Positions 55,316-64,000 of a DNA stretch of 64,000 nt are shown piece after piece. This DNA comes from Scenedesmus sp. PABB004 (lineage: Eukaryota). Both the position numbers and the translations under genes were made by a program. A model generated the notes under the pieces. That model worked only from the letters and a program-made list of their open reading frames with translations. It had not been told where the DNA came from and made no database searches. Every line of letters starts with the position of its first letter. Positions within the stretch are counted from its first letter, which is position 1. Where the stretch lies: positions 186,001 to 250,000 of the forward strand of contig JABVCE010000012.1 in assembly GCA_014905635.1 (NCBI GenBank), in the 5' to 3' direction.

Positions 55316-58300
55316 TCCACCGCCACCGCTTGCGCCTGGCGCGCCATCGCCGTCGCCGCCGCTGCCCGGCGCGCTGCCATCGTCGCCGGAGCCGCTGCCG
55401 CCCTGGCCGCCGCCGCCGCCGGGGCCCTTGCGCCCCGCGCCGTCATCTCTGCTGCCGCCGCCCTGCATGCCCCCGCCATCGGGTCCGTACGCCTCTTGCG
55501 CCAGCGGCTCTGCGCCGCCCGGCGAGGCCCGCACCGCGCCGCCGGGGGGCGCAGGCACGCAACCGAGGGCCTCCTCTGACCACCACTCGGGCGCGACCAG
55601 GGCCAGCAGCCCCGACGCCGCGAGCAACTCCTCGCGCAGCGTGCGCGCCTCGCCCGGGCCCTTGCCGTCCACGCGGCCCCTGGCCGCGGCCACGGCGGCG
55701 CCCGCGGCGGCCGCCGCCGCGCCAGCATCGGCTCGCAGCCGCGCGGCTGCGGCACCCCCGGCGGCCACCGCCGCGGCCGCGCCCGCGCCCAGCTGCGCCG
55801 CCGCCCACGCCCCCGCCCGGGCGGCGCCGGCGGGCAGGGCCGTCGCCGCACCGCGCGCCCTCGACGGCTCGCCGCCGGCTGTCGCGGATGCTGGCGCCGC
55901 TGCCGGCGCCTGCGCTCCGCGCTGCGCCTCCTGCGTCCCACAGCCGTCGCGCATGCTGGGCGGCGGCGGGGGCTGCCCGACAAAGAGCAGTGCTGGCGCG
56001 GCGGCGCCCCGGGGCGGCGGCGGCGGCGGCGCGAGCACGCGCGTGCGCGCGCGCTCCTCGCCGGCCGCGCTGCCGGCGCCTGCGGCCGCCTCGGCGCGCG
56101 CGAGGATGGCGTCCGCGCTGGCCAGCAGCTCGGCAGCTGAATCGCAGCTCAGCGCCTCGCTGCCGCCGCGCGCCGCGGGCGGCGCCACATCGGCCGCGTG
56201 CTGCGCAACATCGCCCGCGCCGGTCGGGCCCAGCTCGGCGAGCAGGAGCCGCACCACAGTGTCGAGCTCCTCCGCCGCCGCGCCCGCGCCGTCGGCCACG
56301 CCCGCGACCGCGCCGTCCAGGGCCGCCATCGCGCCATCGAGCTCCCGCCGCGCGGCGGCCTGGCCCGCGAGCGCCGCCGAGACCCCGCCGTAGCTGCCCG
56401 CCAGGTCGGCGAGCTGCGCGCGAAGCGCCGCGCCGTCTCTGGCCGCCGCCGCGGCGTCGCCGCGCGCGGCCGCAAGGCGGTGCTCCGCGGCCGCGAGCGC
56501 GCCGCGCGCGGCGTCCGCCTCGGCCCGCGCGGCGGCGAGGCCCGCCGCCTGCTGCTGCTCACCCTGCGCCTCGCTGCTGCCGCCGTCGGCGGCGGCGCTC
56601 AGCGGCTCGCCCGCGGCGAGCCGGTCCTGCAGCTCGCGCACGGCGCGCCGCGCCTGGTCGTAGCGCGCGAGCGACTCGCGCTTGGACGCCAGCAGCGCCG
56701 CCTGCTGCGCCTCGAGCGCCGCGGCGCTCGCCTGAGATTCGCGCAGCCCGCCGGCCGCCGCCGAAAGCTCGGCCTGCAGCGCCGACAGGTGCGCCTGCGT
56801 GCGCGCGTGCTGCTGCAGCAGGCTGTCCCGCAGCTGGCCCAGCCAGGCCTGGTACGCTGTGAGCCCGGCGGCCGCGCCGTCGCTGCTCGCGCTCGGCAGG
56901 GACGCGCGGAGCTCGGCGAGCGCCGCCAGCACCGCGTCGGCGCCGTTGTCGGCCGCGCCGCCACCTCCGACGCTGCTGGGCTCGCCCGCGAGCAGCGAGA
57001 GCGCGCGCTGCATCATGCCGCCCACGCGGGCCGCGAGCCCGGCCAGCGCCGACCCGAGCCCCGGCGCGCCCTGCTGCGGCTGCGCCTCCTCCGCGGCGCC
57101 GGCCGTCGCTGCTGCCACGGCTGGCGACACGGCCGCCTCGTCCGGCGCCGCCGCGAGCTGGCCCATGGCCGCGGCGGCGTGGCTCGCCGCCTCCGCGTTG
57201 ACCTGCGTGTCCGCGAGCTGCCCCATCGCGACCGCCGCGGAGCCGGCCGCCGCGACGCCCTCCTGCGTGGCCGCCAGCTGCGCGAGTGCCGCGACGGCGG
57301 TGCTCGCTGCCGCGGCCGCGCGCTCGGCGGCCGAGAGCTGCCCGAGCGCGGCCGCCGCGGCGCCGCCGGCCGCGAGGTTGGCGCGCAGGTCGACCCCCGG
57401 GAAGGCGTCCGCGAGGCGGCGCTCGCCCTGCATGAAGCGAAGCACCTCCGCCGCCGTCGCGGGCGCGCCGGCGAGCGTCGCGCGCGCGCGCAGGAAGCCG
57501 GCCAGGCTGGCGAGCGCCGCAGTCGGCGGCGCGAGCTGCGCCTGCAGCCGTGCCAGCTCCGCGGGGCTCAGCGCCGCGAGCACGTCCTCGGGCAGCGCGT
57601 CGATCGAGCCCGCGCCGCCGCCGCGGAGCAGCCAGGCGACGAGCAGGGGCAGCTGCGCGCGCGCCGCCGGCGCGACGGCCGGCGCCGGCAGGCCGAGCAG
57701 CAGCCCGATCGCGGGCGCGGCCGCCCAGGTCGCGCGCAGCAGCCAGCGCAGCAGCAGGTAGCCTACGGCGTAGTCGTGGCGCAGCAGCCCCGCCAGCAGC
57801 CGCAGCGACGCGCGCGCGCGCGCCGCGGCCGCGGCGCGCGAGGTCGAGCGCTGCAGCGGCAGCGGCGGCAGGCCGCGCGCGCGCGCCGCGCCGGCGCCGC
57901 CCGCCGCGGCGCCACCCAGCTCCGAGCGCGGGCTGGCCGAGCCCACGTCGGACGCGGGCGCGCTGGAGGGCAGCAAGCACAGCGGGTGTGACGTCAGCGC
58001 CGGCTCCGGCCCGCCAGCGCCAGCGGCGGGCGCCGCCACCGACGCGCGCAGCCGTGCGAGCCAGCCGCCGCCCCGCCGCGCCGCCTGCAGGCGGCGCAGG
58101 CGCATCGCCCGTGCCGCCTGGCGCGCCGTCAGGCCGCAACGTGAAAACACCGAGTGGCCGCTGCCGCTCCTGCAGGGCGCGGCGGGCGGCCGGGCGCGTG
58201 GGCCGGCGCGGCGCGCCGTGCAGCTGCCGCAACCGCAGCCCTCGCCGCCTCGCGCGCCCCTGACGCACCGCGCGCCGTCGTCGTCGGAGCTGGCGTCGCC

Positions 58301-58699
58301 CGCCGCGCTCGCCCGCCGGCTGCCGCCGCACAGCAGCGCCGTGCGCCGAGCGCGACGGTGGCCGAGGCAGCCGCCGGCGGCGGCGCCGGCGACCGCGCCG
58401 CAGCCATGGCCCAGGCCCTGCGCGCGGCGGCGGCGCCGGCGCTACGTGGGCGACGAGGCGCGCGCTGGCGCCATCGCCGCCCTCCCTTCCGGGTGCGCCG
58501 CCCCATGGCAGGGGCGCACCTTGACCTGCAGCGGCGCGCCCCGCGCCGGCAGCGCCACCAGCAGCCGGCAGCGGCGCGGCGCGCACGGCGCGCGCCCGCG
58601 CGCGAGCGCCTGCGCCGCGCCGCCGGGGAGCGGGACCGGGCTGGCGGCGCCGCGCGTGGCGTCCGGCCAGGCGCGGCCGGCCGGGGCCGCGGCGGCCAT
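48410..58699 (-). CDS. Very large Ala-rich coiled-coil protein with hydrophobic segments (multi-exon; ~6.2 kb central exon)
   Basis: ORF 51728..58150 gives consistent A/E/L/Q heptads. Further exons in 48410-51720 are joined by GT/GC-AG sites. Probable start MAAAAPAGRAW at 58699 with a transit-peptide-like N-terminus. Confidence 0.7.
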
Positions 58700-59346
58700 G
58701 CGCGCCGGCGCGGGCAGCAGTAGCGGTCGGGTCAACGAACGCCGCGCTGCGTGCCGGCGCCGGCGGCCGCGGGCCCGTGCCGGGGGGCTGGAGAGTGTGT
58801 TTTTGCGTCGCGGGGGCCCTCGGGAGGCGGGCCTGGGCGCTCGTGTGGGGCGTGCCCGTTGCGAGTCGGCGCCTGGTGCCCGCGCCGCGCCGTGCGCAAG
58901 CGGCGCCCACACCGGTCGTTGCACGCGGCCTGAGCGGTGCGCTCACCGCCCGCCCGGCCGCGCGGCTGCCGGCCGGGGTCCAGCAGGGCTCAAAAACAAG
59001 CGGGCTCTCAACGCCGGCCTCCGTTCGTGCCCTGGGCCACTCACAGCGACGCGCCTGACCGACCCGCGACCCCCGGCGCCCGGGCACCGCCCCGCACGCC
59101 CGCAGCCCGCTCGCGCAGCAGTCTGCCCGAACTCGTGCCCGCCGCGGCCGCAGGAGGGGCCCCAGCCCGCCCCCGGCCGGCCCCGGCGCGGCCGGCCCCG
59201 GGCGCGGCCGGTCCGGTCGCTGCCCCGCCCGCCGGCGCGGCGGCGGCGCGGCCGGCGCGGCGCCATCACCAGCAGCGGCGCCGCGCCGCTGCTGCCGCGC
59301 GGAGGCTGGTAGAGGGCGGCTCTCGCGCACCCGGCCGCGCGGCGCC

Positions 59347-61541
59347 ATGTCGGACGTCAAGGACATCCTGGGCGTTCCCCGGGGCGCCGCCGGCGGCGGC
59401 GAGGCGGCCAAGCCCGAGGCGCGGGCGAAGCCGGAGAAGCTGAAGCGCCCGGAGGGCATGTCGCGCGAGGCGTTTGCGCTGCTCGGCGGCTCCAACCCCG
59501 TGCTCCCTAGCCACCTGCTCGGCGAGCTGGGCAAGAAGAAGGACAAGGCGGCCAAGCCCAAGGCCTCGACCAAGGGGACGGTCATCTACCGCCACAAGCC
59601 CTTCCTCAACGCCGCGCGCGACGACGGCCTCGCGCTCACGCACTGGGTCAAGGGCTACAAGGACGCCAACGGCCGCATCCGCGACGCCAACGAGGGCGAC
59701 TACCCGTGGGCAAAGTACAACAAGAAGGCGCGCGGCGCGCGGCACACATTGTTCGCCGCGCCGCCGCGGCAGCACGCTGCCGCCGCCCAGTCCACCACCT
59801 CCTCCCCCCTCGCTCTCCTCCTCCTCTCTCCTCGTCAACCAAAATGTAAAAAAATAACAACAACCCCGCGCTCGCCCCCGCCCCCCGCGCGCAGGTCGTG
59901 CTGTACCGCTACGACGGCGAGGAGTGGCTCAACGTCGTCAGCCGCGACGTCGGGCTCGCGAGCATGGGGTGGACCAAGGACGAGACTGACTACCTGCTCG
60001 ACATGCTGGAGACCTACGACCTGCGCTTCGTGGTCGTCGCGGACCGCTACAACGTGCGCGCCTGCGCGCGGCGCGCGGCGCGCGTGGCGCCGGGCGGCGC
60101 GCGGGGCCGGGCGGGACAGGTAGTGCGGCGCGCGGCGCGCCGCCAGACGGAGGCGCCGACGCCCGGCCCCGCCGCGCCGCCGCCGCCGCGGCTGCCGCGC
60201 GCGCAGTTCCCCGGCGGCCCGCCGCGCAGCCTGGAGGACCTGAAGGACCGCTACTACGCGATCGCGCGCAAGCTGCTCGTCGCGCGCGAGGGCACCGACG
60301 CGACGCTGCTCAACCACCCGCTGCTGCGCCACCCCTACAACGCCGGCCACGAGCGCGCGCGCCGCGCCGCGCTCGACGCGCTCATGTGCCGCCGGCCCGA
60401 GGAGGAGGAGGCGGAGAACACGGTGCGCGCGCGGCCGCGGCGGCGGGGTGTAGGGCTCAGGGTTGAAGGTTGCGCCGGCCGGGCAGCGCCCCGCCGGCCC
60501 GCCGCTTTAGGCTCGGCGCCGTGCGTGGCTCATCGCGCCCGGGGCCGCCGCCGCCGCCGCCGCCGCCGCAGCTGCTGGAGAAGGCGCGCGTGATCGAGGA
60601 CAAGCGGCGCACGGAGCACGCGGCCGCCGCGGCGGCGCAGGCCGCGGCCGCGGCGGCGGCCAGGAAGGCCAACGCGGCGGCCGCGGCGGCGGCCGCGCCT
60701 GCGGTCGCGGCGGCGGCCGCCAAGCCGCCGCTGCCACCAGCGCCGCCGGCGGAGGTGCCGTTCAACCCCTCAGACCTGGTCTACCCCCAGGCGCGCCGCC
60801 GCCGCCGCCGCCGCGGCCGCGTCTGCCGCCCGCGCCGCCGCGCCCGCCGCGCCCGACGACGCGCCGTCGCGCCCGCCGCGCCGCGCAGGAGTTTGCCAAC
60901 GCGCCGATGCCGGCGGGCGTGCCGTCGCTGCTGGACACGCACCTGGAGCCGACGTGGCCGGCGCCGGGCGTGTACGCGCGCGGCGTGCACACGCGCGAGA
61001 CGGTGTCGGCGCAGGAGAAGCAGGCGCTCGGGTCCTCCCAGTGCGTGGCGCGCGCGCGTTGACCGGCTGGCGGCCTGGGGCCGGCGCGTCCCCGCGCCGC
61101 CCGGGGCGGCGGGCCTCTGCGCTGCGCGCGCCCACGCGCACACACGCGCGCCGCGCTGCTGCTTGCAGGCGCAACCAGAAGATGCTGGAGGCGGCGCTGG
61201 CGGAGGTGGGCTACGCGAGCGTGCCGCGCTACAACTCGCGCGCCGTGTGCGGCGCGCACCTCGCGCTGCGCGGCGAGATTCTGGCGCTCGTCGACCTGCG
61301 CCGCCAGGTGCGCGCGGGGCGCGCGGCGCGGCTGCTGCCGCCTGGCTGCCGCACGGCCCGCACGCGCGCGGCGGGCCCGCCGGCCGGCGGCTCAGCGCAC
61401 ACCCGCGCGGCGCGGCGCGGCCCGCAGCTCCAGGCGCGCACCGAGACCAAGGGCGGCGGCGGCGGCGGCAAGCGCAAGGGCGGCAGCGACGGCGGGCGCA
61501 GCGAAAAGCGGCAGCGCACTGCGAAGCGCCCGTACGACTGA
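59347..61541 (+). CDS. SWC4: SWR1-complex protein 4 / DNA methyltransferase 1-associated protein 1
   Basis: MSDVKDILG, RPEGMSRE.FAL, PF.N.AR.DGL.L.HW, AKYNK, SANT WTKDETDYLLDM...DLRFVVVADRY, RSLEDLKDRYY. Confidence 0.93.
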
Positions 61542-61675
61542 CGCGGGCGCGGCGCTCGCGCTGTGCGGCGGCGGTGTGCAGCAGGCGCGGCGCATCGGTG
61601 CGGGGCGCCGGCGTGCCTGCGTGCGCCTGGTTGACTCGTCTGTTGAACAACTCTCACGCCCGGGCACACACCAGC

Positions 61676-62714
61676 TCACGCGGGCTGCGCCCGCATCCAC
61701 GCGGCCACGGCCTCGTGGCCCTCGGCTTCCGCCCACCGCTCGCACTCGGCGCGCCACCACGGGCAGCCGTTGGCGCGCAGCCAGCGCAGCGCCTCCAGCT
61801 GCCCGCTATGAGCCGCCGCCCAGCACGTGTCCTCATCCCACGGCGCGGGCTTGTCCTGGGCGCGCAGCCAGCGCAGCATCTCCAGGTCACTGTGCTGTGC
61901 AGCGATGGTGCACACATCGCCGCCCCACGGCAGCGGCGGCGTCTGCGCGCGTGCCCAGCGCAGCACGGCCATCTGCCCGCCCTCGGCTGCTGAGCTGCAC
62001 ACATCGCGCAGGCTCAGCCTCTTGCCCCGCGCCCACTCCAGCACGGTGAGGTGGCCGGCGCGCGCTGCTGTGCAGCACACAAACCGCAGGTCCAGCCCCT
62101 CGCCGCGCGCCCACTCCAGCACGGCGAGCTGGCCGTGCCCCGCTGCTGCGGAGCACACGTCACTGTCTATCTCGCAGCCGGCACCGCGCAGCCAGGCCAG
62201 CCCCGGCACGTCGCCGCACGCCGCGCGCGCCCCGGCCAGCCGCCGCTGCTGCTCCTGCTGCCCCCACCGGTCACCTTGCACCGCCCGCCAGGCCTCCTGC
62301 ACCGCCGCCAGCGACAGCTCGGGGCAACGCAGCGAGACGCGCCTGGCGCCGCGGAAGCGCTCGTGCGCCGCCTTGCAGACCTGCCTGGCGGTCCACGCCT
62401 GCAGGGCCGGAGGCAGGAAGCTCAGGACGTGGAGCACGAGGGGCTCGGACAGCTCTGGCGGGCTGCGGGTGACACGGGGCGTGCGCGCAGGGCGGCGGTG
62501 AGGGCGCGGCGCCTGCTGCAGCTGGCTGTGACTCGCTGCGCAGCGCCCGCCTGGCCAGGCAGCGCCGCCCAGGGGGGAGGGCGGGCGTGAGCAGCAGCAG
62601 CGCCCACCTCGGCGCCGCCTCGTCGCCGCCGGATGCCTCGCACGCCGCCGCCAGCGCAACCGCCCGCGCGCGCGTGGTCGGCCCGGCGCGCCGCTTGCCC
62701 GCCGGCGAAGACAT
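61676..62714 (-). CDS. F-box/ankyrin-like cassette gene, copy 9 (intact)
   Basis: Exon 1 MSSPAGKRRAGPTTRAR; exon 2 open from SPPELSEPLVLHVLSFL to WMRAQPA*. Confidence 0.85.
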
Positions 62715-63325
62715 GGCGGGTTCTGGGGGCCTGCGTGCCAGAAGGGAACAGGCTGCGGCGCCGGCGGCGGGCGCGAGCGCGCGGGCGGCGTGAGCGCAGC
62801 AGCAGCAGCGCGCGGCGCCCGCCCCCCCCCCCCCCAGCGCGGCGGCACGGCGGCGGGCCTGCCAGCGGCGCCCGGGGCGCGCAGGCCCGGCGGGTCACGC
62901 CACACGCCCGCCCACCGCGCACCGCCGGCGCCCCCGCCGCGCACAGCAGCGGGCGCTGCGCAGCGCGGCCCGCCCGCCGCTGTTGCCTCCTCCCCGCCCG
63001 CCCGCGCGCGGCTCGCCTGGCGGTGCGCTGGGCGGGTCAGTCCGGCCGTCAGGCGCCCCCAGGTCCGCGCCCCGCCTTGCCGCGTGGGCGCCGCGTTCGA
63101 ACGCTGGGCGGCGGCAGCGGCGCAGTGCGTGCGGGAGCTGCGGGCCGCGGCCGGCGCTCGTGTGCGTGCGTGTGCGGCAGGGAGGCGCTGAGGGCGGCGG
63201 CTGGGCGGAGGGGCGGCGCGCGCGGGGGGCCTCCTCGGCGGCACGGCGTGGGCAGCCGGCCGGGCGGCGCCCTGGGCCCTGGGCCCTGCACCGCGCCGCC
63301 CGCGTGTTGCCGCTGCCGGGCGCGG
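62715..63325 (-). repeat. Conserved upstream region of cassette copy 9
   Basis: Anchor at ~63275-63293. Confidence 0.85.
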
Positions 63326-63398
63326 GCGACGTGCCGCCCTCGTGCCGCCGCCCGCGGTCTGCGTTTTGTTGCGCGCGAGCGAGCGACAGCATGTCACC

Positions 63399-63845
63399 TC
63401 ACGCCTCGGCCGTGGCGTTGGCCGCCAGCACCTCGTCCAGGTGCGGCTGCCCCATCGCCCCCGCGCCGCCCGGCGGCCGCAGCCCGCGCAGGCGGCGGCG
63501 CAGCTCGTCGAGCGCGGGCGCCGGGAGCGCGCCGCCGGCGTCGCGCGCGCGCGCCCAGGTGCGCAGCGGGATGCGGAACTGCTGCGGCTCGGCGTTGGGG
63601 AAGTACACGTGGAAGGCGTTGGGGTTGAGCAGCGCCGCGGAGAGGCTGAACGCAGAGTTGCTCATCACCAGCACGTCCGCGGTCGCCATCTGCTGCCAGC
63701 TCCACGCGAGGTCGGCGCTCGGCAGCACCACGGGCGCCGCGAGCGCCGCCCCGAGCGCCGCGAGCTCCGCCGCGCCCTCGGCGCTGCCCGGGGCCTCGGT
63801 GTAGACCTCCACGCTGAACACACAGCCCGCCTCGTCCAGCTCCTG
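63399..63845 (-). CDS. Last exon of a putative fucosyltransferase-like (GT11/GT23-type) protein
   Basis: VEVYTE...MATADVLVMSNSAFSLSAALLN resembles the C-terminal GDP-fucose-binding motif; the gene continues beyond the window. Confidence 0.5.
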   Translation of the reverse strand, partial: QELDEAGCVFSVEVYTEAPGSAEGAAELAALGAALAAPVVLPSADLAWSWQQMATADVLVMSNSAFSLSAALLNPNAFHVYFPNAEPQQFRIPLRTWARARDAGGALPAPALDELRRRLRGLRPPGGAGAMGQPHLDEVLAANATAEA

Positions 63846-64000
63846 GGCAAGACGGCGGTGGCGGCAGGGCGGGGCGGTGCGCAGGGCGGCCCGCGGCCGC
63901 GCCCTCCCGCCCGTCCGGCTGGCCGATGCTGGCCCCCTGCTGTTGACCGCAGTTTGACCGACCGCCCGCGCGGCGCCCCCGCCGCCCCCCACGGGGCGGC

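Noticed and set aside
3305..62714. Endogenous giant-virus segment, suggested by the F-box/ankyrin genes
   Set aside because: No viral hallmark genes; the cassettes have spliceosomal introns and host-like GC and are interleaved with housekeeping genes. A remote viral origin is not excluded.
3305..62714. Diversity-generating retroelement behind the hypervariability
   Set aside because: No reverse transcriptase, no identifiable template repeat and no evident adenine-only mismatch pattern in the window.
1..64000. Hundreds of long overlapping Arg/Ala/Pro/Gly-rich ORFs (e.g. 50281..53979, 11337..14123, 45350..48445)
   Set aside because: Expected from stop-codon scarcity at very high GC. They are antisense or off-frame shadows of spliced genes, or run through introns.

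Overview
A very GC-rich, intron-containing eukaryotic window, most consistent with a chlorophyte green alga: short introns, many GC-AG donors, plastid-transit-like N-termini and a TGTAA poly(A) signal. Most long ORFs in the track are GC shadow frames. Recognisable genes: RbcX-like chaperone, PQQ/BamB-type beta-propeller membrane protein, HMMR/RHAMM-like coiled-coil protein, kelch protein, secreted choloylglycine-hydrolase/penicillin-V-acylase-family Ntn hydrolase, chorismate mutase, a head-to-head GH17 glucanase / thaumatin pair sharing PAN-like N-termini, degenerate COQ7-like protein, RRP36, a giant coiled-coil protein and SWC4/DMAP1. The dominant signal is nine dispersed copies of a ~1.5-2 kb cassette: ~600 bp conserved upstream DNA plus an intron-containing F-box/ankyrin-like repeat gene. 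The copies have a fixed framework, hypervariable repeat positions, variable repeat number and mosaic sharing, and most sit just behind the stop codon of a co-oriented gene. A ~5 kb direct segmental duplication (kelch 5' - cassette - chorismate mutase 5') brackets a ~5 kb island, and a complete non-autonomous hAT element lies in the dead chorismate mutase copy. Exon boundaries were read by eye and some are approximate.
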